DNA of 64,000 nucleotides from the NCBI RefSeq assembly GCF_963676685.1, contig NC_092348.1, positions 11,098,001 through 11,162,000 of the forward strand, read 5' to 3'. The notes beneath the pieces were generated by a model, which was not told where the DNA came from, did no database searches, and worked only from the letters and a program-made list of their open reading frames with translations. Below, piece after piece: positions 40,801 to 50,819 of this stretch. How positions within the stretch are numbered: the first letter of the stretch is position 1; each line of letters starts with the position of its first letter. The stretch is from Mytilus edulis. Its lineage: Eukaryota. The translations under genes were made by a program, and so were the position numbers.

Positions 40801-41637
40801 TTTCCAGGTTTCCCACCAAATTTTGAATGCATTCTTAAATTCTTCACTTTTGATTGTATTTATATTCATTATCCATATACCCGGGCCTCTTTGTATTTCA
40901 TCAAGTTTTAATTTTACCGACACAAGATCATGATCGCTAAAAGGACAATTCGATATACCAACATTGTAAACTTTATTTGAAAGACTTTTGTCACAAAAGA
41001 TATAGTCGATTCTAGACTTAGAATTTCCTCTCTGAAACGTATACCGTTTGTCTTTTGGATACCTATCTCTCCATATGTCTGTAAGATCATATTGTGACAA
41101 TAAAAAAAGTAATTCCTTTGTACCAATATCATCACGAGAGTGAGAAGGATTTCTATCATTTGTTTTGTTAAGAGTACAGTTAAAATCACCTACCAAAATA
41201 TTGTAATGATCTACACTATCGTCTGTAAAATTACCCAAAAAATTATGAAATGATTCAAACAGCCGTTTCCTGTCGACGCCGCTATTGTTAGCATAAATAT
41301 TTGAAATATGATAAATCGCACTTTCCGTTTTTATGCTACATTTTATTATTCGACCGTTTTGTGAGTTAGTATTATCAAACACAACTTCGCCGGGACAATT
41401 TTTTGTTTGTAAAATAGAGACACCACGAGAATCACTAGTTCCGCAGTTCCAAACACTTGTATTGCCCCCATTTATTTTCCATTCATTTTGCCACTGTATT
41501 ATATCATTCACTGTGCAATGTGTTTCTTGTAGACAAATCAAATCATATTTTTTGTTCGCTAACCAATTGAAAACTAAGTTACGTTTTTTGTTATCACGTA
41601 AGCCGTTTACATTCAATGTTATGATTTGGATCGACAT
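37809..41637 (-). pseudogene. LINE ORF2 (AP endonuclease, RT, CCHC), about 1275 aa once one frameshift is corrected
   Basis: APE motifs TLNVNGL, LQETH, GDFN, SRIDY, FSDH. RT motifs KSPGEDG, NWRPLTLLN.DYK, RQGCP, FADD. C-terminal CHLC...ETLEHLF..C. Frames shift in an A10 run (40787-40796). Confidence 0.9.
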
Positions 41638-42663
41638 TCTTATTTAAAGTACTTGATTTGGTTTACATTTTAACACCGCTATGCCTCGTTGATTTATTTG
41701 AAAGTTTACGATCAACGACACCGATTTATATTTACTTTTAATTTTACGAGTCATTGACCAATTATGGCAATACACTAGTAGTGAACACATTTCAAATTGT
41801 CTATATAAAAATATAACAATACAGATACAAAGATTCAGTTTGAAGTACAATAGATTGAAAAAAAATCTATAATAATAATTCAAAATCTGCAATTCAGTAA
41901 AATAAAACATATTTACAAATAACATTTTGGATTAATTTTTTGTTTCATAGTTTTACATAAAAGTCACAAAACATATGTCTTACTAACATTACTTTATGGT
42001 CTAGTGATACTGATACCAACTAAATTAAACATTAATAAATGGGTTTTTTTTCAAAAACTGCTTAAACAGATTTGGTCTCTACCGCAAAATGCTCCTGATG
42101 TTGTACCTTACATTACATCTGGAATGAAACCAAGTGAGGGACAAATACATATACTTTTACAGTATATGTTTACTATCAGAGGAATCAACTGAAAAAAAAA
42201 TTGCCAAATGACAGTTAGCAGTCAAAGATCAAAATAGACACAGTTGGTTTATTGAAGTAAAGAAAATTATTTGGAAATATGATCTTCCAGAAATTTATCT
42301 TTTTTTAGACACTCCACATACCAAAATTCAGTGGAAAAATTTAATGTATAATAATATAAATAAGTATTGGAAAAAGTACTATACAGATATCTCCAAGCTA
42401 AATAGCTCTATTTAGAAATATAAATTATTTAAATGTTGATGCATACCACCCTGGAAAACAACACCCGTTAATTTATATCAAAACATCATCTTCAAGAAAC
42501 ATAAACCGTCTACCTATTAAGTTAAAACTAGTTTCTGGTACATACATTCTCCAAGAAAACAGATCGAAATTTAATCAGAACAATATTGAAGCCACCTGCC
42601 TTCTGTGCGGACAAGAAATTGAAGATTTACCTCACTTTTTATTGTAATGTACATTTTCAGAAT

Positions 42664-43101
42664 AAATTGATTGATTAATTGTTGGTTGCTTAACGTCCAG
42701 TGGCAAATATTTCATGCATATTCAGGACGAGAACAAGTTCATAATAAATACAATAGGTAGGTCTTATCATAATAGAGGCCATTTGGGATGATGGTCGGGA
42801 AAATGTAGACTGCCACTGGAAAATAAGGAGGTATTGGATAGGGACAGAAATTTTGCCTTGCAACAGGCCACCTACGGGCCCTCAAAAGAGTTGTTGCAAG
42901 GGTTCTTAACGTGCAAAGAGCGTGGCACTCTCTTTACACGAGACATCGGATTTAACGTCCCCATTCTGACCGGACGTAACTGCGAACTTGATACATCCCG
43001 CACAGCCAAACGGACGCCCCACTTCGGCAAGCGTTTTACTGCCGATCGGGAGAAGACCAAGCGACCATATTTCTATTCCCCAGTCACCCTTGGGTTCAAC
43101 C
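42664..43101 (-). mobile_element. 5'-truncated SINE (Deu/Nin-core-like) with a (TCAA)n tail
   Basis: Minus strand reads GGGACGTTAAATCCGA...GCACGTTAAGAACCC core, then CCTGAATATGCATGAAATATTTGCCACTGGACGTTAAGCAACCAAC plus a TCAA tail. The same 3' end occurs at about 58562-58626. No tRNA head is visible. Confidence 0.65.
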
Positions 43102-43689
43102 AGAAAAGCGTCTTTAGAATATCTTCAGAAGGAATATCATAATCTGACAAGTAGAGAAATGGAATACCTTACTGAAAATGATAAAATCAAAATTATACTG
43201 GACTGCTCTTATCTCCTTACGGAAAACGTTGGACATAGCAACAGAAAAGTAAACATCAAGATGTTACCTGCATTGCAATTTCAGTGTCGCAGATATCTAT
43301 TTAACATTCATAGAGCCAGATATAGGATGCTGTTTGATATGAAAAACAGGAAACGATAGGGTCCTTTGAGAAAAGAAAGAATTAAAACCTCTCAAGTTAG
43401 CATTACCCCCTTAAATATACTATTTAAAACATATGTATTTAACAATGAAATAACTTTTATGGAGAGACACTTTTATTGACTGTATATAGAAAATGTGTTT
43501 TTAGCCAAATGTACATGATGTTATATAACTGGTGATGGATTCTTTTTAACATCGATACATGTATTCATACTTTAGTGAGAAATCACTGATCTATAAAGAA
43601 GGTGAAGATAATATACAGATACAGATACTACTTCCACTGTTATTAACATCTCTAAAACAGCCGTAATCTGTTTACATAAACTTTTTAAC

Positions 43690-44548
43690 TTATTTGGATT
43701 CGAGCGTCACTGTTGAATAAAGGCAACAGTAGTATACCGCTGTTCAAAACTCATAAATCTATGGACAAAAAACTAAATCGGGGTAACAAACTAAAACTGA
43801 GGAAAACGCATTAAATATTAGAGGAGAACAACGTCACAACATTAAAATGTAACACACACAGCAACGGACTAAGCATTAGACAAAATCCGATGAGAATAAC
43901 CCATATAAAATCAAAACCAAATACATGAATTTGGGATAGAAAAGTACCGTGACACGCCTTATAGTAATTTGAATTCACACTCAAAAATAGGAGAAAACAA
44001 ACGACACAACGTAAAAATGTAACACACAGAAACGAACTATGATATAACAATGGCCATTTTCCTGACTTGGTACAGGACATTTTTAAAGAACAAAATGGTG
44101 GGTTGAACCTGGTTTTGTGGCTTGTCAAACCTCGCACTTTGATGGCATTGTTTAATATAACATTAAAATGACAACATAATAATACAGGACTACAATACAA
44201 ATAAATAGCAGAACGTATTTGGCAAAGAAACACATGAATAATAGATAACAAAAGGCATCAGGTTTAAAATTCATTACGTCAAAAATGAGTCTTTTGTAGA
44301 CGAAACGAGCGTCTTTCGTAAAAACAAAACTTAATCCTGGTATATATGATGAGTTTATTTACAACCACTGGGCCGGTCACCGCTGGTGGAGTTTTATTTC
44401 CTCGAGGGTATCAACAGCCCAGTAGTCTGTGCTGACATGGTCATATTTATAAATTAACTGTTTAAAAAAAATAGATGATTCTTTTGTAGACGAAACACGC
44501 GTCTGACGTAATTACAAAATTTAATCATGGTATCTATGATGAGTTTGT
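43690..44548 (+). mobile_element. Retrozyme-like unit with two tandem hammerhead remnants; the first is split by a 572-bp inverted repeat insertion
   Basis: GAGCGTCACTG (43702-43712) + insert + ATGAGTCTTTTGTAGACGAAACGAGCGTC (44285 onward). Second remnant GATGATTCTTTTGTAGACGAAACACGCGTCTGACGT at about 44474-44509. Confidence 0.65.
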
Positions 44549-44723
44549 TTAGTTGAATGGTCATTAAGGTACCTCAAATAATATGTGTGTCCCCCGCGTA
44601 ACGTGTTGAGGGGGAGAAATACCGCACATCACTTCGTCTGGTCTTGTGAACGCTCTCACAGGTACAATTATTGCCAGACATTTTTTAAACTTATACTATA
44701 GATTAACATGGTGACCGAGAGAG

Positions 44724-45003
44724 TTTTTATGTCCCATTTATGGGCATTATGTTTTTCGGTCTATGCGTCCGTTCGTTCGTCTGTCCAGCTTCAGGTTAAA
44801 GTTTTTGGTTAAAACTATAGATCAAGGTAGTGTTTGATGAATTTGAAGTCTAATCAACTTGAAACTTAGTACACATGTTTCCTATGGTATGATTTTTCTA
44901 ATTTTAATTCCAAATTAGACTTTTGGCCCCAATGTCATGGTCCACTGAACATAGAAAATAATAGTGCGAGTGAGGCTTCCATGTACCATAGACACATTTT
45001 TGT
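44724..45003 (+). mobile_element. Short Helentron-type non-autonomous element
   Basis: Same family as 62453-62900 (GGCATTATGTTTT, GCGTCCGTTCGT, CTTCAGGTTAAAGTTTTTGG core), with one core unit. Confidence 0.65.
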
Positions 45004-46310
45004 TTTAAAAGAGTTATGCCCATTTGGAAATTTATGAGAAATAGCATCGTTAGCGCCAGACGTGTACATTTTTTTATATAAAACTTGTAGTATACTATAA
45101 GTAATGTCATCGAAGGTATGTTTCAAAAATTTAGTAAACAATAAAAAAAAAAAAAGTTTGTTTCCCGCACACACTTTTAATTCATAAATTGTTTTTCTCA
45201 TTTATTGCCCCTGAACAGATAAAAAAAAAAGTGCAACGCGGGGGACATTGCAAATCTGTCCTTTTATGTGTTTTGTTTTTGTTTCAGTCAACTTATATTA
45301 TATTGCAGGTGATAAAACGAGAACAATTGTCTAATATCAGGAAGACCATGCCTACATAATACATAAACACATCTTCCAAGTAAATGAGGCAAAAGAAATG
45401 CACAGAATCTAATCTATGTGTTGTCTTTCTCTACGAACAAAAAATGTACACAGCAAAAATGATCCGCAAAAAAATATAAGGAAGTCGTGATTCCATTAAA
45501 AAAATGACTCTAGCGGTTTAACTCTGAAATGACTACTGTAAATTAAGATATTATTGCGTGCATTTTTGAAGAATGGACAACAATGCGTGGTTAAATTATT
45601 GCGATATCAAGGAAAACTGCATTCAGATATATTTATAAGATATCACTGTAACCATATCTGATGGCAATTTTTGTTCGCGTATGATACTGAGAAAAGTGAA
45701 CGCTCGTCAGCAATGTCGTACAAAATCTCAGCTGGTTTAAAGCATAAACCACAGGCGCACCTTGGTGATCTCCAAAAATGATGACGTTAATTAACTCACA
45801 TTATTACTTTCCCATGTAAACTAAAAACGAAAACCACTAACAAATAATTCACACTTGGGTATCGTCGTTCAAAACTTAAATCCCATTCAACTTCGAAGTT
45901 TGGAAACTTAGATTTACTATATGTATCTAATTATAAGCAGATACCATGCCAAGAAATGCCTCCGTTGAAATTCTGCATACATCCCATAAAGCAAATTACA
46001 TGGATGATTGATATTGACCATTTGTTATATGGCCGTGTTCTAAGCGATACGTACATGGAGGTCATAAATTAATTTGTTGAATGAAATCAAAAAAGTTAAA
46101 CTACTAATGGGTGCCGTGTGAAAGTCCACTGGAATTTTTAGTGAGTATTTCTTGGCATGAACTGCACTAGTAACTATAACCACAAATATTCGAAGGCCCT
46201 TGACAAAGCATATTTAGAACTAAAGATGACATGTTTTATTTTTATCATATTTTTTTTTCATCACTACACATTGAAATACAATAATGATATCACTCATACA
46301 ATATAAATAA

Positions 46311-46410
46311 TCTTTACGAATAAATTATGATAAATAATAAACTTTATGAATAAATTATGATAAATAATAAGCTTTATGAATAAATTATGATAAATAATAA
46401 ACTTTATGAA
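46311..46410. repeat. 30-bp minisatellite, about 3.3 copies
   Basis: CTTTATGAATAAATTATGATAAATAATAAA repeated, downstream of the second alpha-kinase ORF. Confidence 0.9.
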
Positions 46411-47054
46411 ACTGAACTAAAACAAGACTAGATGTATTGACAACGCCACAATGTATAAATAAACACTATGATAAATAATGTAATAATGATTAACACAAAT
46501 AATTAATTAATTGTATAAATTCTATTGCACATGCGTATTTCACATCAATATGTATATTGAATATATCACAGAATTTTAATGATAGATGATGCAAAAGAGT
46601 ATAAAAGTATGATTTGTCATTTTTAAAATACTGATCTCTTATTTCTGAAGCTGCCATTTACATCACATTATAAATACAAACACAAAACCAGACGACTAAC
46701 ATTGAAAACAAATTATATAAACAGAGATTTCATCATTTGTCAGAGAAAAAATATAAAGATGACTTAACATTAAGCCGCCATTTAAAATTTGCGAGATTCT
46801 ACAGTGAAAATGAGATTCGATAGATCTTTAAATACACACAAAAAACGTAGAAATAATTAACATACATGTACAAAGCCCCATTTACGTAAAATAAAGTGGT
46901 AGGGTGAGAAATAAATGAGACTGATAAGCATTTACTTTGCACATTTCGCCATCTAAAACATAATTAGTATGTAAAATTAACTATGCAAGATATAAAATAA
47001 AATACATCAAAATTTCATTATTTAGTAAAAATGTCAAAAATGTAAAGTGTTTGG

Positions 47055-48005
47055 TCATACTTTTTGGATACACTGTCCATGAACCATTGGTCTGCCTTCG
47101 ATCTTACGGATATCGGCATTCGTCAAATTTTCGTACGGCGGAGGACTAACCAAATCGGTTTTGCTTGAAAACAACACTGCCGCTTCACTTTTGAGAATGT
47201 CCATGATGTCAATTTTAGTTTCGGATCCTACGGGTGCACTTGGAACAAGACCAAATGCTGGTGTTGGCCAGTTCTTACAAATGTCATTACATCTGTGGTT
47301 CTTAAAAACGTTTAGAATACCTTGTTCGCCATGGTCACAAGGTCCAAATGACCTATTTCGAGAATGGATAGTGACTCCGGATAGTTTGATGTCCTTATCT
47401 CTTTCTACACCTTCCAGTTTGCATATAACAAAGTCGCCGTTGCTTTCTACATAAGAATAATGTAGAAATGTGTCGAGAAGTTCGGATTCTTGACGTCGTA
47501 TGCCATCACTGTCGATAAATAATTGGTAATCGCCGTCTATGAATTCTTCAATAAGAACATGTTCATGTTCGGCGAGTTGTTTTTCGTATCCTTTTATATA
47601 TCGAAAAGGTGTATTAAATACGGAAACAGAATCCATTTCTGAAAGACATGGCTGGGCAAACTTCAAATGTTTGGTGTTTGGAAATTCATCCTTAAAAGTA
47701 TCAGCTAAGGAACGGGTATTTTCTGAGCAAGTTATCGCAGACTGGAGGTTGTTTTCGGATCCGATTTCATCGTTCAAAGATTTTACAACAGCTTTTGATT
47801 GGCTCCAATATCCATGTTGGTTGTACATACGTCCTTCAAAGACGGTATGACGCTCGCCGACAGCAAATGGATAAAACTCGAAGCTGACCCACCAATTGTG
47901 GCCATCCTCACATTTGGTTTTGGAAAAGAATGTTGAGTTGTTTGTTTTTATTTTTGAAAATACTCCCATTATTTCTGAAAGAGAACAAATGATGTTACCA
48001 ACCAT
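47055..48005 (-). CDS. Alpha-kinase family pseudokinase with a PSAP and PPPY tail (316 aa; real start may be the ATG at 47969)
   Basis: Motifs SFEFYPFAVGERHTVFEG, AVVK, LIEEFIDG, FLHYSY..SNG, TIHS, FGPCDHG..GI, HRCNDIC. DLQG reads KLEG and LTDP reads LSGV. An acceptor-like TTCTCTTTCAG lies just before the second ATG. Confidence 0.85.
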   Translation of the reverse strand: MVGNIICSLSEIMGVFSKIKTNNSTFFSKTKCEDGHNWWVSFEFYPFAVGERHTVFEGRMYNQHGYWSQSKAVVKSLNDEIGSENNLQSAITCSENTRSLADTFKDEFPNTKHLKFAQPCLSEMDSVSVFNTPFRYIKGYEKQLAEHEHVLIEEFIDGDYQLFIDSDGIRRQESELLDTFLHYSYVESNGDFVICKLEGVERDKDIKLSGVTIHSRNRSFGPCDHGEQGILNVFKNHRCNDICKNWPTPAFGLVPSAPVGSETKIDIMDILKSEAAVLFSSKTDLVSPPPYENLTNADIRKIEGRPMVHGQCIQKV

Positions 48006-48786
48006 TGCACTTCAGTTATAATACGGATAACTACCTTGGACGCTTATATACTAGGATAGTATTTGTTATTTTGACCATAAATGAATATAATTCTACCTTT
48101 TATATCACCTGCCAACATGCAAGTTAAAACTTGGCTATGCAGTCGGAGTACTTTGAATTGTAAAAAATCGCAATACGCGGAAATGTGTTATTTTGACATG
48201 CATAGTCTCAAGGATTTTCAATGATTGAGGTATATAATCTATCACTTTCAAGTCTGGATAATAAACATGAGTGTCCCATTTGGTCCACAAAAAATAATTC
48301 GAAATCAAAATAAAACATAATTTATAGCCGGTATAAATAGATAAAGTATGCGTCCTAGTTTATAGAAAATAATATAGGTTGATTAGTGTATGATAACAAA
48401 CTCGGAAAACATTTTGTCGATTAAAAAGTGAAACATTTTGATAAATTCTAAATTTCTGAGTAATATAAGTTACTGGAATAGATTAGGTTCTATATATACG
48501 AGTATGATTTCTTCGACGTCCCTTGTAGGACACGAAACCAATATCTTCGTGTACCAGATTGTATAAACCCTTCGATAATATGCCCTAAATTTATATTTAC
48601 AAAAATAAAACTCGAAGTCAAGCATGCATCAAATAATTTATAATGGCCATTCGTATGTTTTCTGCAAACATAAATGTTATTGCTCATTGAAGACTTATAT
48701 AAAATTGAGGTTCGCATGATGCATCTTTTAGCGTATTGAAGTTGTGAAGTAAATATTTATCAAAGGTACCAGGATTATAATTTAGT

Positions 48787-48830
48787 ACGCCAGACGCGCG
48801 TTTCGTCTACATAAGACTCATCAGTGACGC
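48787..48830 (-). ncRNA. Minimal type I hammerhead ribozyme with an intact core
   Basis: Minus strand reads GCGUCA CUGAUGA GUCU-UAUGU-AGAC GAAAC GCGC GUC^UGGCGU. Helix I is 6 bp, helix II is 4 bp, helix III is minimal with a palindromic GCGC loop. Predicted cut between 48793 and 48792. Confidence 0.8.
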
Positions 48831-49378
48831 TCATATAAAAAAAAGTTATTAACTAAACAATTACAAAGTATGGAGAAAATAACCTTAAAACGGCATCTTT
48901 AAAATGGAAAAAAAAACAACAGAAAATTTTGAAAATCAAAAACTACTTCACTTAAACCAAAAACGTTAGATATAAATCCTTGCTATATCTAAATCCAACA
49001 ATTGTGTAAAGTTTTATGTAAATTTCTCCAAACACACTCAAGTCAAATTGCCTAAAATATGCAGTTAAGTCCCATAACTCTGGAACAAAAAATAAAAAAA
49101 ATCAAAGTAAGAAACGAGCTTTCCATTATCAAATCCAACAACAGCAGTGAAGGTACAGGTTTAATAAGTAAATTGATCTAAGCAAAGTTGCATACTTGAT
49201 TCTGTGAAAGACATACTTATGACAAAAAGGAGAAGGAAAGAACGACCAAATAAATAGACGGATGGACAACAGTATATTGTAAAAATCCGTCATTTATACG
49301 TCAAATGACATTACTTAATTTGTCCCAAACTCTGAATTGGACAAGAAAATAGAATGCTTCCATTACTGTTCATCCGTG

Positions 49379-50311
49379 ATAGAGGTAATATGTAAATGAT
49401 ATACGATTGACTATTGAATTGAATAAATCATATAGGCAATAACTGTTTAGTGTCTTTAAATATCAGCTGTATTTGTACGAGGCTAGGAAACAAGGTGTGT
49501 GTGAGCTTTAAGCGAGCTATTACACCTGTTTCGAGCCGAGTACAAATACAGCTGATATTTAAAGACACTAAAAAGTTATTGTCTTTATCCTGCAATTAAT
49601 CCTGTATATTATTTGTGTTTTTAAAGACACAAAAGCACATGTTTTGCATTTATTTTCGATTTGAAATCCCTTGAGGCCGTGTAGTAAGTAATACGATACA
49701 GTAATCACACATTCAGATGAAGAAGGGTTCGCAAAAAAAAGAATCTCGAATGGTCAACAATAATACATCGCTAAAGGTAAATAATTATCTATTTTAACAT
49801 AACAACTAATTTCAACAATAAAAACAAATAACAAAACATTGTCCAATTTGAAACAGGAGTGTACAAGTTGTCCTACGCTTCAGACTCGACATTCACTAAA
49901 CATACATGCTAAAATTGACATGAGTTGTTTTTGTTACACAATCATACACATTCAAGTTTTGAAATCGATAGTTGTCACCGTAGAAAAGACTGCTGTTCAT
50001 CAAAAAATTGGTGTGATTCTTATTGCTCTACAGAAATGTTTGAAAACAAACAAAACGTATAAAAGTAACCGTTAATTCGCAATTAATACGTCATTGGAAT
50101 GCGACTGCAATACACATTCTGAGGTCACGCAGGTTCATACAATACTCAGTCTGGTAATGGATGGAGCTTTAAAGCGATATCTGTATAGTATACAGATACA
50201 GCATAGCGATATCTGTAGGGCTGTATCTGTATAGTAGAACACCCAATTGCAGGATAAATAGAGGTAATATGTGAATGATATACGATTGACTATTGAATTG
50301 AATGAATTATA
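49379..50311. mobile_element. Unclassified element with 54-bp terminal direct repeats, a palindrome of about 150 bp and an internal 14-bp inverted repeat
   Basis: Direct repeats 49379-49432 / 50258-50311 (3 mismatches). Palindrome 49435-49583. TTTATCCTGCAATT at 49584-49597 and AATTGCAGGATAAA at 50245-50258. Confidence 0.7.
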
Positions 50312-50785
50312 CAGCAACCCAATGACGAAAATAACCAAACCAATCTACAGAACATATGATATTCGACGTTGTTTACCATATCGCTCGGTGTTATTTACTT
50401 TCACCATTATAAGTCGACTATTAGTCCGAATAAATGGTCTTCCAACGTATGAAAAACCAGCATGTGCTAAACTCTTTGAAACAGGAATCATGAAGAATAA
50501 ACTGATCGCTAAATGATTGGTATTTGAATCCTTTTTCGTCTTTTTTTTATAACCCCAATATTACAATTATAGAGGTCAAATTATCCGTTGTATATAAATT
50601 ACACGGTACACGAACCGTACTATATATATATATCAATACAGTAATAACTTGTATATAATAATTAGTGTGATCGGTCCGTGACAAGTTAGTAAAAGTTATT
50701 ATTTTTACCGTAGAATATTTAAACCTTACATAAGACTCTATATTTAAATGTTTTATATATACATGTAAGATGCACGCGTCATATG

Positions 50786-50819
<34 letters not shown>

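Larger units (their letters stand above)
36239..41967 (-). mobile_element. 5'-truncated L1/Tx1-clade LINE (ORF2, 3'UTR, polyA) with a 14-bp TSD
   Basis: AAAACATATGTCTT at 36225-36238 and 41968-41981. PolyA (T run about 36237-36251) is preceded on the minus strand by AATAAA. No ORF1. Confidence 0.9.
32000..43627 (+). mobile_element. Decayed CR1/L2-like non-LTR retrotransposon (PHD ORF1, APE-RT ORF2) hosting several nested insertions; 5' boundary uncertain
   Basis: PHD remnant CLKC..C....FC..G.HWIHYKC (about 32640-32790). Coiled coil at 33562-34116. APE start AFNCKN...IQEHWL and RGYGGVA. RT motifs KNYRGIT, LDAKSAFDVV, QGVRQGG, CVDD. The frame resumes at 41968 (KTYVL..LLYGL). Tail (ATACAG)n at about 43612-43627. 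Confidence 0.75.

Noticed and set aside
7029-41637. ORF1 fragment at 7 kb and ORF2 at 38-41 kb as halves of one element
   Set aside because: Opposite strands, 30 kb apart, and each has its own distinct TSD.
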